A DNA stretch of 64,000 nucleotides, taken from contig NMRA01000035.1 in assembly GCA_002633005.1 (NCBI GenBank), positions 124,001 through 188,000 on the forward strand, read 5' to 3'. Made by a program: the position numbers and the translations under genes. The first letter of the stretch is position 1. The number at the start of each line of letters is the position of its first letter. Below are positions 26,796 through 40,600 of this stretch, piece by piece. The DNA comes from Phoronis australis. Taxonomy: Eukaryota > Animalia > Phoronida. The notes beneath the pieces are model-generated. The model ran no database searches. It worked only from the letters and a program-made list of their open reading frames with translations, and was not told the DNA's origin.

Positions 26796-28588
26796 GTAAT
26801 TAATATTTTTGTCTTAAATTGAACAATTAGAAACATTGGATTGATATTCAGAATAGTTTCTCTTACACTGCAAAAACTGAAGAAACCAACTAAATAATAA
26901 TAAAATTGACATGTTCGATGTCACTTTTTCCACTCATGCTGGTTCCAGGCAAGTGGAAAAAAAACAAAAGGAAATAAAATTGGGCAATGCTTAACTGGAT
27001 TACCAGCCGCATTATAGTAGGGAAGGTTAGTCCAATGTTACATAAAACATGTAGCTTGTTAAGCAAAGCAGTTGACTAACTTCCCCGGGCTGAAGAGACT
27101 GAATCGATTGGACACAGCTTTGCCATCTTCACTTGATTAGAAAAATCGCATTATCTTTGAAGAAGCCACAGAATAACTTCTGCAGCTACTGACTATTTAG
27201 ACTCTTCAGATTCCAGTCAGAAGCTGTTTGAACAGAAAGAATATCGATAAGACAATCAAAGATGACTTAACACGCTCCGTATTCCAACGACCGTCTTAAT
27301 TACACCGCCTGATTTAGCCAATCAAACTGCGTGAGCTCGCAGGACTGGTGAAATGTGAATGGACTGCGACGAAATTCCAAGGGGAACATTGAGGGTCTAC
27401 AGACGACAGTACAGTACACGTCACAACTATTCACAGACAATGAAGTGGAATTCCCCGTCATGGCACCTGCACGGAAGTGAAAGTGTCAGAGTAGTCGTCC
27501 CATGTGACTGAGAATGAATCAAGAGGAATAAAAGAGGAAAGTTGGTGGATGATCAATTCCGTAATCAGAATTTCACTGTCGTTAAAGTTATTACCAGTCA
27601 TAGCTGTTGCTCACAAAATTAGCCGTAATTACAAAGAAATGGAAATTTGTCGTACTGTATTGTAACGCTGAGTTTTGTCAGTACATAGTTGCATTCAGTA
27701 CATGAACAAATTTTTCATTGCATGAAAAATAATAAACTATCTTTTCCTAGCCTCCCACATTGAGCTCAAGAAACACAACTGTCATAAATTTTTTCCAATT
27801 TAGGACACAGCATGGCAGATTCTTTTTGAAAAAGATAAGTTGCTCCAAATAAACGCTTTACCTTCAATGCCACAGTTGCCATCAAACAATTTTATTAAAA
27901 ATTGTGGACAATTATAATGATATCAAACTCTGGAAAACGAGAAAAGGTGAATTTTGACAATGATATGAAAAAAGTAAAAAGAAAAAAATGATTATTTTTG
28001 TCCGAAATTGGTAATATTCACTGTGACCATTTCCATGAATTTCCTGAATTTTTGTCTCAAACGCGTATTTACTTTTCCCCAAAATACAAGCCCCCATTCG
28101 TGCAGAGTTCTCCCCAACTGAGAAGAGTACACGCGTCAGAAATGCGAATGTGCCGGCATTGTGCAGCAGTTGACATTCTGTGTAGTACAAAAAGCACTAG
28201 CAGTTGTACTATTTTTAGGTGCAAATTTACCTGCCATGTTACCCATAGTACTTCAGACGATGTCATTTTTCCAAACAGGTCATAATTTTCACACAGCTCG
28301 CGGGCCAGTCAACCGTGTCATAAGTGTCATCAAACAGGACAACGCAGCACATTAAAGCAAGTTGTGGATAACGCTGCTGATGCATCCAAAGATACCAAAC
28401 CTTCATCCACAACATCCCTCACAAAGGATTCTGGATCAACTAGTATTCAAAAATTAACACAGAGGTACACTATCCCCCTTCATAAAAAATGTCAACGTCG
28501 TGCAGGGCCCTTAATTGTTTACCTGAGGAGAAGGTGCCTGTGCCTTCAGTAGGGAGTAAAAATTCTGGTCTTAAATGTGCTGGAAGGT

Positions 28589-28748
28589 CAGTGTTGTAGT
28601 GGTAAAATTAGAGGTAAGTAGGCGCCCAAAGCCCACCGTATCGCCTTGAGCATTGAACGTAACTTAATTAAAGTGTGTAAGCGTTACGTTCAAATGGCAA
28701 AAGGTGGTTGGCTGTGCCTACATGCGCCTATGCCTCACTACAGCATTG
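28589..28748. mobile_element. hAT-type MITE, 160 bp, with 8-bp TSD
   Basis: TIRs are cagtgttgtagtg / cactacagcattg. There is an exact 8-bp TSD tggaaggt at 28581-28588 and 28749-28756, plus internal inverted arms (ttgaacgtaac / gttacgttcaa). Confidence 0.85.
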
Positions 28749-28931
28749 TGGAAGGTGAACAAAAATGGGATGACCAACCACATGAACTGTAGCTGCAAAT
28801 ATGAGACCTAAGCCATTTATCACTTCTGCAACAAACAATGCTGAGAGATCAGCTAAACAAGACCAAACAGAATACCACTAACCTGAACACCAGGAACAAA
28901 CAACTCAAATTTTGTTTGCACGAATACTTAC

Positions 28932-28958
28932 TCGTTTAATTCGAATCAGCGTTGACAT
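28932..28958 (-). CDS. Candidate alternative first coding exon (MSTLIRIKR)
   Basis: gatcATG TCA ACG CTG ATT CGA ATT AAA CGA|gtaagt, phase 0 with A at -3. It is preceded by a repeat-containing UTR-like stretch and a GAGA tract ~370 nt upstream. Confidence 0.6.
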
Positions 28959-28993
28959 GATCAGAACTGAGAAATCAAAAGCACATCACTGAG

Positions 28994-29079
28994 TGCAGCA
29001 CCTCTGTGCAGCACAAAACTCTCTTCTCTCTCCCCTGTGCAGCACAAAACTCTTCTCTCGTCCCTGTGCAGCACAGCAC
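28994..29079. repeat. ~30-bp tandem repeat in the putative 5' UTR of the MSTLIRIKR exon
   Basis: ctgtgcagcaca occurs three times, separated by aaactc(tc)ttctctc spacers. Confidence 0.85.
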
Positions 29080-29324
29080 CCTGTCTTCTGACCACCACTG
29101 CCACTAGCACCAGTCTTGAGGGTTGATGAACCCAATCACATCAACAGACAGACCAACAAATGACCAGTCTTGTATCAACCCATGGCCCTGCGCTGATTAG
29201 CAACCTGCTGTAGGCTGAACAAGGATCATATTTACATTGGCTACATCACAAGGCTCCACTTTGTTTAGATGGCCTGCTCAATCAAAGGGATAGAATGACT
29301 ACCACTTGTATGCACAGAGATGTG

Positions 29325-29359
29325 CTCTCTCTCCCTCTCTCTCCCTCTCTCTCTCTCTC
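29325..29359. repeat. (CT)n/(GA)n microsatellite
   Basis: ctctctctccctctctctccctctctctctctctc. Confidence 0.9.
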
Positions 29360-30407
29360 AAGTCCCTCAGTCTCAGCAATTAACTCATATCCAGCTGCCC
29401 TTTCCTGGTTAAATTCTGTTCAGGATGAAGGAATTGCTCTAATGAGGCAGGTCCCTCCTCTAAGAAGCCACCACAATTAAACAAGAACACACTCCGTCAG
29501 CATCGTCCTCGCATAAGCAGCTTTCAACACTGTTGCTTGATAACTGAACACGTAATACCAGCGATTAATAATAATCACACTTCTTACACGCATCTCCTCT
29601 CAATGGTTCGTCTTAGCCTTACCGACAGCCGCGAGACCACATTGAGAAAGGCAAACCTCTCCAATTAACCGCGCTTGCTGATCAATAGACTAATAGGTAA
29701 TAGTTGTGAATTTCGTTATTAACTACATTTATTCCCCATCCAGATGATTGGATTTTCAATCAGTCTTCTACAAGTGAACGGTTGTCAATAACAATTGGTG
29801 AACAACTCTCTTCATTCTCACGACGTCTCCCTCCGGAATTATTGCGGAGCACTGAGGCCTCGGTACACGCACCACCTTTGCCAGTAACTACAAGGCTATC
29901 ACGTGAATGACCGCACACTCAATCAAATATCCTTAACACAAGTGCACGGATTAAAATGCATGAAAGCCAATAGTGTCTTGAAGTGACAGTCACCAATGTA
30001 ACTACATCAGTGTAAACACGAAATTGGATTAAATTGTAGAACCGCCATATTAGGTATATCCTGTCAATACCATTGTGAATCCAAACGAAAAAAGTAGTTT
30101 CAACTCTCTTTGCATTAAGACTTTAATTGTTCTTTACTTTTAAGTAATAATAATAATAATAATATCTAGCCATACCCTACAAACTATTTGAGTAGAAGTA
30201 CATTTATTGACCATTAGGAAAAGGAATTAATATTAAGGGTCTATGTTAATGTTTATCAACATGCTGGCACATGCAACACAAATGAAATTTGTAATGGAAT
30301 TTTATGCAAAAAAGAATTGCAAGAAATTAAAGTAGACGATTTGTGAACAGAATTGTTTTTCGGTTTTAATGCCATGCATTAAACGGCTTAATTCAATGTT
30401 GCCATCA

Positions 30408-30705
30408 TGTCTTAATCATGTCATTTTTTTCGTTGAGTCGTAAATACTCTCACTGTCTAGAGTCATCTCTAATATATTTCATCTGTCTTAGTTAATTTTT
30501 ACCATTATTTGTCATTTAGTTATTGTCTTAATTATCAACCTGTTTTAATTGTATCTTTGTTACGTATATTTCATTGTTGTTTTATTACTTCATTGTATTA
30601 TATTACTGTTTTTCTTGTTGAGGGCCCTCTTGGAAAGCAGTGCTATCACTGAAGAGGCCACCCTCATTTTAAATATCACAATAATAAATAAATAAATAAA
30701 TAAAT
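30408..30705 (+). mobile_element. Non-LTR retroelement 3' end (copy 2) with (AAAT)n tail
   Basis: Inverted copy of 5178-5468 ending in ataataaataaataaataaataaat. A microsatellite tail is typical of CR1/L2-type LINEs and their SINEs; the family was not determined. Confidence 0.8.
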
Positions 30706-32881
30706 ATGACGGTCTGAGATCTATTAAAGAAAAATCTGCACCTCAACAGACATCAGTGATTTCTAAATATGGACAAAAATCTGAGTTCCATTAGCATTGG
30801 ATGATCTTAGGACAACCCTCTGTGTCTCACAATTATCGTAATGATAGGAATAAAAAATCAACGGCGCTAATCCATGTGGCATAGAAATTGATAAGACAGG
30901 TCTAAGTGGTGTTTTGCCTGGAACACGATCAAAGCATCGATTTCCGTTATTTGTTATTCTACTTCCGTGAGAAGACCTCAGAATGGTTATACGGACAGTT
31001 TGTTAGTCGTGTTATGTGGCCATGATCCAACTACTTCGGTATTTTGTGCCTAGAGCCCCATTGAATGTTGCAGAAAATGTTCCTCAGAAAGCAATTGTAT
31101 GTAAGGAACTTCTTCGATAAATGACCACATCACAACCTCTTGCTATATGGCACATCATGGTTTACTCATCACGGTATTATGTAACACACAAAGTTATGTA
31201 GCGGGCAACCCAGCGCAGAGTAACATCATATACTCATAGGTAAAATGTAGTCATCTGGTCAGTACCTAGCTCGAAGAACAAAAAAATTGTGTTTTGCCAT
31301 CATGACACTGCGACTACCTTATATACCATGGTTTGGAACAAACGTCTGACCGAACAAGCTGAACTGATTTGCATTATAACATGATAAAATTCCAATGAAA
31401 ATTATTATATCAAATTTTCAACAATGCAAATACTCATCAAAATCTAGATAGATTCAACAACTAAATATACAGACTATACTATAATATTTCCTGCGTGCAG
31501 TGAACATTCATTCGCGACCATGAATCATTCAAATTCAATGTTACTGAGACACTGTTATGCTACGGCTAACCTAAGAAAATAACAAAAAAATCTAAATTTT
31601 CGCTGGCAAACCAACGTTTTAAAATTCAAAGAACTAGTGATGATTAGAAACAAGAAATGACTTCCTGTCAAAGACAGGAATCCAGTAATGCAGTTTGGTT
31701 CAAAAGTGCGTCGACATTGATCCACTGTTTCAGTCTCATTGATCACGTCTTCTCATATTATACTAACTATCACTCATGCAATAATACAATTACATCTTAT
31801 CGAAAAGTCTTATTGAGGCCATGTCATAGAGTTATGAATACCGTCCAATTTAGACCATGACATGTGAAAAACTTTGCAGTGAAGCAATGAGACATCAGTA
31901 GCCAAACATGATCATGAGAGCGAAATCCGAAGAAGGGTCGACTATCTCTCTGTAAATATTACATATAACTCATTGTGAACAAAACTACTACTGGCTCAGA
32001 TTAATCACCCATGGGAAGGTCATTGGTTTTTATGTATTGTGAATTGTGTCTGGATTTTTTTGTCATGTGCAAATAGGGGAGAGGGTGAATAAACATTTCA
32101 TTACTTGGGTACTAAATTCCTAACATGAATAAGTTAAGTCACCAAATATTTGCCATCCGTACTCAAATGTTCCCCGTAAGCTGTAAAAGTTACTCCAGAG
32201 ATTTTATGTCATAACAGTCTATCCAATGAGTGATTACGAAATTGAAATCAAAATTATTTTAGCTAATAATTCTACATTTGTAGATATCAGTCTGTACTGT
32301 GCTAGAGTACATAATGGTTTATGCATACGAGTTTTTAGTCTAAGTTTACTACACTTGACCAACCCTATAATCGTACTACAGACTTCACAGGAAATTTCAG
32401 CCTTAATGCAGGGGTCATCGAGTGCAAACTATGATTATGAAGTTATCCACCTAAGTCATAACGAACTCAAGCATAGAATAGACACTTACCTTCATTTTGC
32501 ACAAAAGAAAATAGAAAATTCCTAGAACAATTTCTGAGTTCTATTTTGAGTAAAAAAGCTAGACTACGGACCCTGCAATTCTCAACTGTTTATAACATTT
32601 TGGCATCAGTATTACCATTGGTAGTTATAACACATTTCCACACTTAACATTTTTCCCAACATAGGGACACTATAAAAGTCAATTACAAACAATCGAGGCT
32701 AATATCTGTCAAGATTTTCGCATAAGTTTATTTGCTCAACTTGACGCATAGTCACATCACATTCAGGCCCAAGCTCGGCCAATTGTGCAGACACCAGCAC
32801 AGATCAATCGAGTAAACACAGAGCTACTTCAAACATCACAGGTGTACCCGTACTCGCTTCACTTCATTGATGTTAACTTAC

Positions 32882-32902
32882 CGTAGTTGTAGTCGCTTTC
32901 AT
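32882..32902 (-). CDS. Candidate alternative first coding exon (MKATTTT)
   Basis: actgATG AAA GCG ACT ACA ACT ACG|gtaagt, with a strong donor and phase 0 but a weak Kozak context. Confidence 0.35.
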
Positions 32903-35399
32903 CAGTTGAAAGCGCTAGAGTTCCTCGAAAAAATCAGACATAGCCTTCATTGTTGGCTAAAGATATATTGATGATCACTGCTTACTGTGGTCACATGCTC
33001 CATTGGGAGAACTGGGACTCTGAGCACATTAAGGTGATTTACCCGTACGAAAGCGTTTTTGGCATTGCAAAAGTTCATTGTTTATGATGAATAACGAAAT
33101 TATGTCACCTAAGACAGCTTTACTTCCCAAAACAAAAAACAGGATTTGGAAAGATCCCCCACCCCAACCTTTGCACCAATATGTATGGTATTACGTTTTA
33201 GGGACAAAAACAAAAAAATGAACACACAGGACTTCAAAAACGTGGGTGTTAAGATATCAGTTTTTGATTTGGGAAGACCAAAATGATCATTTGAAAAAAG
33301 CATGTTTTAAGTAACGAGATATTGAGTTGACAGTCCTACAATATTTTTATTGAAACTGTCAAATAGAAAACAGTAATTGTTATCACAAGTGACAATTTCT
33401 TTCATAATTTTTCCTTTTTTAACCATAAATACATAATCTCTCAACCTTTATTGCACAGAACAGCTTTCGTGTTAATCAAACCCACAAATGATACCACACC
33501 CATCTCAGAAATTGTGGACACTGGGTAGATGGGGACATCTATTGGCAGTTTTGTGAACTCGCTTAAGTGCAGTGCAAACTTAAGAGACAATATATTTTCA
33601 GAAACCTCTTAGTTTCCATCATACATTATTAATGATTATGTCTGGTTAGAAGGATGCGTGTACCATAAGAAGCATGCAGGAAGACGCAATAAACATGTGC
33701 TAGACACAGACCCCCGGATACATGGTAATTATTTCGCATTCAAGTAATTGTCAAAATTGACATTTTTTCTATTTTTCAAAGGAAACTTAATAAATAAGCA
33801 AATTTTGTTTGTTGTCATCTACATAGTAGAAACCAAGCTGATCGCGCGCTAAAATTTTCTTAGTTTTATTTTTGTTGAAAGAAATTTGTCAAAATGAAAC
33901 TTCACTCGTTTGTCCTATTTACAAATTACAGAATTGAATTACTACACCAAACTGATAATTTTTTAAAATGACATGTAACTTGACAAATTTGCCACTTTTG
34001 AGAAAAATCGCAAGCTGTATAATTTCTAGATTAAAGTTCAATGAGCTGTAAATTTAACAGCTTGAATCAGTAGAGAACTATTTGAAGTGAATTCTAACAA
34101 TCATAGCTAATATATCAAAGTTAATTATGACTAAATTAAATTATTTGGTCATGAAAATCAAAGAAAATAGGACAAATCCGCACCAATTTGTGAATCAAGA
34201 TCAAGTCATGTACTTCTGCCATGTTATTCCTGGATTAAAAGGACATTTAAATATAAAGCACTGTCTGTCATTATTGGAAAGAATTAAGACAATTCCAATT
34301 GCTTTCTTTTCGCTCATGTTAGGACGTATCATGTCAGAATACCAAGTTTACTAACTCTGCAAGAAGTAAAATTATAATCAAATACAGATTCAGCCTTTAA
34401 TTTTGATTCTATAATTGCTCTAGACAGATTCAACCAGCCATCAATAGCTCAGAGCTGAGACACGTACAATACCAAAAAAGAGCATGCAAACAACAGAAAA
34501 TAGTTATTATTAGCTTTCCAATGCCAATGTCTCGTCATAATTTCCCAGTTGTGAATCGACTTATGGTAAAATGTCGATATCGAATCCCCAATGAAACCAG
34601 GATGACCTCAAAGACAGCAGTCATTACTGTGTGCTCATTATGAATGCAGCATAAACAGGGATGACTCATCCTCATGTACACAGCTACTAGTACATGTTTC
34701 TAAAGGGACACTAGGTGAGACGGTGAAGTTGCTTCGACAGAATTTGAAAACAACGTTAATTATAACATGGTTAACTTGTATCAACAGCAAAAGCAGCAGG
34801 AATAAGAAAGATATTATAGTGACAATCAAGATAAATATTTGGAGTATACCGTGATAAAAAGTTTCTACCCGAGTCTGACCATTATTTCGTTATAGCCAAG
34901 TTCAAAGGGACATGTTTTATTCTAAAACTAGTCACCGCTTTTAACAAAAAATTGGAACACTGAGCATAACTGATTTCATTGGTCCTCAGGACATGAATCT
35001 CTACTAGAAGTCAGCATTACTTTCACCCATCATAGATAAAGCTCTAAGTTACTGTAATCACCCAATTGGCTTGCAACTGGGGAACTCCAAAATAAAAACG
35101 CGAGTGGGTTTGTACTCGGATGGGCTTATATCAACGTTAGTGTAAAACTACCCATGGGCTTGAGCTGTACATCTGTGCATAAGCCCAAGGCGTGTATGAA
35201 ACGCAAGCCCTCATTTAAAGTAAGCGAGTTGGGCTTAAATGGGGAGAAGAAGAAGGGTTTACAACCCAATAGGTGGACATATACACTAGAATATGCCGAA
35301 AGGGGGGTATACTCGAGATGGGTACAATCTGTTGAATTTGACTTTTTATGCAATTAATTAGGTCAGATGACAATGATTTTAGTTAATTTAAAAAAAAGA

Positions 35400-35638
35400 A
35401 ATGGTACATTGAAAGCAATAACAACTTTGTGTAATTTTTTCACAAAAATCGTGAATGTCTTATGTTTATCAGCTCTTCATGTAAATGTGAAACATTTTAA
35501 TTCTTACATGCACTTTGAAGAATGCTACAAAAGTATGACGTTTGAAAGTTTCGTATGAATCCGATCAGCCATTTCTGGGACATGATGTTCCGAAGTTGGC
35601 CACATTTTGACAATTTTCTAGGGTCCCACAAAGCCTTA
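35400..35638 (+). mobile_element. Old AT-rich non-autonomous element (family C)
   Basis: gaaagtttcgtatgaatccgatcagccatttctgggacatgatgttccgaag...ttttctagggtccc matches 50730-50812. The left boundary is approximate. Confidence 0.6.
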
Positions 35639-35657
35639 AACAACAGGTATCACTCAC

Positions 35658-35666
35658 CATAGACAT
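35658..35666 (-). CDS. Candidate alternative first coding exon (MSM)
   Basis: gcagacATG TCT ATG|gtgagt, with a strong donor, phase 0 and a purine at -3. Confidence 0.45.
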
Positions 35667-36825
35667 GTCTGCTTTCTCAGCTGCTTCACTTATGGACAGA
35701 GGACAGCGATCTCGACAGAATCACAGGATGAAATGAAAGCCAGGCTAAAGCCGTCAAGCGCTATAAATGGTTAGTAATATATTGATTGCCGCGCTGTAAT
35801 GCTTTGGAAAAACACATGCGATCACACTTGTCAATACCATCACATTTCTGATAAGGTTACGGTAAAAATTCTTGAATTAAGAGTCTTTTCTATTCGGAAT
35901 ACTGAAAAGTGCTCCAGACTGTAACTTTTCATAATTCGTCACTCGAGGGCATTTTCCATACGAAGGCATTGACATGATATTACGACAGACAACCTTCATC
36001 TATATTTTTCATACGGTAATCAAAATTTTAAACGAGACCTTCGTGTTTTTGGATGCATGAATATGTAGGTTGACAGGATAGTGAATTATTTCCAAGTAGA
36101 TCAGTACTACCAGGAATTATTTGTCTCAACACAAGTGATGGAATGTGCAATTTATGCAGCATATGTCAGCTAGGAATACACGAGGGAACAGCACAAGCAA
36201 CCCTCGGGGTGTAAATTTAGAGACGGCCAACTGGAGGTTTATTGGAGCTTTGTACCAATCAATAACCAACTGGCAAAGCATGCATGGCCATTTGAGCATG
36301 CAAATTAGACAAGGTCTGCCTGCTACAAATATACTGGAGGAAGGGCATGCAGCAAAGTAGGTTGCAGGAAAGGATATATTGCTTGCCATGGTATGTACGT
36401 GCGCAAAAATGAAAAGATTATAACTCGAGTATTGACAAAGTGACAAATGAAAAAATAAAGAAGAAATGGTTCTACAACAGAAGTCTCAGGCCGCAGTTTA
36501 AAGACCCAAGTAGCAAAGTGTCAAGGCAAAGTGGTGAAGTTCAAACCAGCATAAAACGGAGACTCTTTGTGGTGAAGCGATCAATAAACTCCATTTTGTC
36601 AGTGGTTTTACAGTGTGCAATTAGGAAAGTTAATGTGCCATATTAAAAACAAAAACAGAATGTTTCACCGCCAGACACAAACCATAATATGGTTTTTCAA
36701 AGATGACTGCATACAGCTCCAAAGATAAATTACAGAACAAATGCATGACCATTATCAAAATTCATCAACTTTATAAAATTACTAAAAAGTAACTTGACCA
36801 TGATAGTCCCCTTTTTACATTGGTT

Positions 36826-36826
<1 letters not shown>

Positions 36827-36868
<42 letters not shown>

Positions 36869-36880
36869 TCATTTATTTTA
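36827..36880 (-). repeat. (AATC)n microsatellite, probable retroelement tail
   Basis: About 10 AATC units preceded on the minus strand by AATAAA. Confidence 0.8.
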
Positions 36881-37556
36881 GTGACATGTAGCAATTTCTA
36901 CACAGCCACAACTTGGGCTTGTAAGTGATCATTTCCAAAGAGAACGTACAAAAGTTATTACAACACACAGATGTTGACAGTTAATATAAAAATCTTATTC
37001 CCAACATATTTTGCACTATAGTGGTGCTAATTAAAGGGGAATTTTGATGCAAATGTACAATTAAGGTCACCTTAAAGTGCAGACATCTCGACGTATATTC
37101 ATTCACACTTAGCAAATATTGATTTTTCATTAAAAACGTTATCAGTTCAAAAGTGCTTAGAAAATAGGAGACAATTAACTTAATGGCCTGTAAAGTGTTC
37201 TAAAGTACACACATGGATGAACAAAACAAGCCAATTTTTCATACACCCTGAGTAAATAGCTACACGGTGATGAAAATTCATGTATCATTGATACAATTTT
37301 TCATAACAATACCATATATTTAATGACTATGCTACATCACAACTAGTGAGAGGCACTGTGTTATAACTGACAACTGGGTACCTTGTTTTCAATAGAATTT
37401 CAAAAAACAATTGCAGGCAGTCTGCTACATGTTGTAACACATGTGCGCAGGCCACACATATGGCCCCATTGCACTGATCAGCTGGAAATATTTTTGTGCT
37501 TTATTGATATATAGTTAAAACCGAGCCGAGGAGCTAGAAACCTGACTCAAGGTCTA

Positions 37557-37632
37557 GCAGTGTGACCCAGCGGGACTCGAACCCACGACCTCGAGTAAAG
37601 AAGGCGGACACCATCACACTAGGTCACACTGC
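37557..37632 (-). mobile_element. tRNA-derived SINE head / tRNA pseudogene
   Basis: Minus strand reads gcagtgtgacctagtgtg...gaggtcgtgggttcgagtcccgctgggtcacactgc. It has a B box GGTTCGAGTCC, an A-box-like tgacctagtg and complementary ends; the D and anticodon arms are degenerate. Confidence 0.7.
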
Positions 37633-40600
37633 CTCCTCAACGGAATTTAGGACAATGGCGAATTTGGAGTTCACTATATTTCTCAAATTTCAGACAATGT
37701 GCTTACAATCAACAGAGTGGGCATTTTTTTCTGTGATTCTAGAATTTGGGACAAGCTCTGATCCTCCTTTCACTAAGTTCCAAATTGGAGGTTTTTTCCG
37801 TAGGCAAAGTTAACACTGGTTTACCACGGTAATACCATGAGTGGCGTGGCAGTGTAATACAACGTTTGGCCAAAAAAGAATGGACTTCTAACTCCCTGAT
37901 CTGTCTTCTTAAGGTTATGTATCTCCTTATTAACGAGTCTCTACATTTAACCAAGTATCTCCAAAACGCTAAAAATTAACCCATTAAAACTATATTTTTT
38001 TAAAGTAGACAGTAGCTAGAATTTTGTTGTTGACTTATTACAATTTGCCATTAATTGTGCTAAGGGGCCATGTCTTTTTGTACTGTAATTTAATCATATA
38101 TGTCCTATTTTTGATAGCCCCTGAAGCAAAAGTGAGGCATTTCAAAAACGATTCCAATCAGATTTTAATAAACAGGACATAAGTCATATTATCTAAAAGT
38201 TTCACATGAATAGAATAAGCCAGGTCTGATATATGAAGTACCGAATTTGAAAATTTCGTATGATCCTGCATAACCATAATGTCTGAATCCAAATCAGACG
38301 ACAGAATCCAAATCAGACGACAGATCTGCCTACTTACTGGGAGAAGCCAACTATTCAATGCCAAAATTTGTGGTTTGGCTCTGTTCAACAAGTGATAGGG
38401 CATCTTGCACTACATGCTCATTAATCGTAAGACAGCAAACAAGAAACCTTTGTGAACGCTCGTTTTATGCCTCTGATCTCTCTTCTGATCAGATTCCTAC
38501 CTCCTTGCCTTTGAACTAATAAAAATTCCACGTCTGAACTCGATATAAAACAATCTCAGACTTTTTATTTTAGTTTGAAGAGGCAGATTTCTGGGCCTCC
38601 AAAACCACAAGCAAATTCCATAAAATTCCATTTTGTAAGAGTTTTGATGATTATACCACTGGTGGGCTTTCCAGGGACCTCCTTGTTCCCGATTAAAACC
38701 ACAGAATCTATAAGAATCAAATGAAAACAGTCTCCAGTCATTATCATATTTTGGGGGTTTGTAAAAACATAAGGACCTTGGTAAACACAGTAATTACATA
38801 TTAAAATACCTCGGTTTGTTCAGATGATAATGCTCCATCACTACCACTCCAGTCCAGACTTTGGTCGTCAATTTCAGTCATTTGTGAGTGACCTAACGTT
38901 TAAGTCACACTCAACACTATACATGCAAGCTTAGTATGGTTTAAAAACTGGAGGTCAGTCCTGAAATGCAAGCCAGACCCAACCAAGCTAAAAGACATGA
39001 TTGATCAGTTACGATGCTAGTTTTATAATACATTTAGTTTCCATGGAAACAAAAACTGTATCAGAATCCTAATCTTGCTTTTTAAATCCCAAACGAAGCC
39101 GCTTAGTCAAATGAAATCCGACCAATACACCTGCCCAAATGATCTAGCTTGGTGTTTGGAATTTATAAATGTATCCCAAGACATTTTCACTTATCCCTCG
39201 GAGTAAATTACGCCTAACAGATGCAGAATTCTAAACGAGTTTTCTGGTTTGCGTTGTATTTTTAAATGACAGAGAGTTCCACACAAACAAATCAGAGAAT
39301 AGTAGCATTCAGGAACAGCAGCACACCTGCAATGTTTGCACAAAAATATGCAATAAAGTTTTAATGTAAACATTTCATAAAAACAAAATTAGCAGTACTG
39401 ACAGTGCTTAGTTATAACTAGTCACTTTCCTACAAATTCCAAAACTAGATGTTTTGTTGAGTTTCTGTCAGCGGGAAATTCTTGGACTGAAATAGCCATC
39501 GCAACTCCTCCCAAAATAGGTGGATTAAAGTGTGTAGTCACGCAACTCCCCATACCATGAAATTGCCAGAGGTTGTAACATGCAACAAACATATTCAATC
39601 TAGAGCGTGCATCAACAATGCCATCTGGCATATAAACCTTAGAACTTACAGTAACTCCGATGTCACCACCACAGAGGAGTCAATGGGAACAGTAAGAAGA
39701 GTTGCAATGGAGCTGCGATATACTGGAACTTCGCCAATGGGAAAGCAACAAAAGAGGGCAGGAATTATACAAACGAGTTGAAACAGAAAAGCAAGCTTGA
39801 AGGAATGGTCTATAAGTGACGTCCAACTAGCAGTTCAGCCCCCCCCCCCCCCTCCAACACACTACTTCCAGAAATGTTGATTTTCCTTTAGAACTAGCAC
39901 CAATACTTATGGACAATCCCTTGGGAACATATAGAGTGCCACAGACTTGGGCCGAAAAAACGTGTGACTAGAACATTATGAAATGAGGTGATCCACCTTA
40001 AAAATCTTCAGGCAATTTATGAACAGACATCCAATCACATCAATGGGTTTTGTTGGGAGATCAATTTGAGATGAGACAATTGTCTAGAATCAATAGAAAC
40101 AGACACAAACCAACTACCATATTTTTCCAGATTAACACCCATGTTCAGCTTAATGCGCAAACCCAAATCTTTTAAACTTTTGCGTTTGAACGCTCTCACT
40201 CCATTTTATGTCCACCCGAATTAATATGATAGACATTCTTGAAAGCACAAGCCTTGTGCAAATTTTAGCTTCCAAAACATTTCCAACTTTTCTTTGAGAA
40301 TCGAACACTCACAGTTTCAACAGTATTTTGCCTACTTCAGGCGCATAAATAGCCAAACTCCAATATTGTTTCAGTCGACTCTTAAACGCACGAGTCCGAC
40401 ATAGCTGCAACTCTCTTCTGAGCAAACACCCACCCCCAACTTCTCAAAAATTTGATTTCATAGTACAGCACTTATAAAGACTCATAGTGCTCAGTTGAAA
40501 CACATGGTGTGGTCCTCAAATAGCACCAAGCCAATTAAGACATTCAAAATTATGACTGTTTATTCATACATTTCATCACATTAGTATACACAGGCTTGTA

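Noticed and set aside
37557-37632. Functional tRNA gene
   Set aside because: The D loop lacks the conserved GG and the anticodon stem does not pair, so it is better explained as a SINE head.
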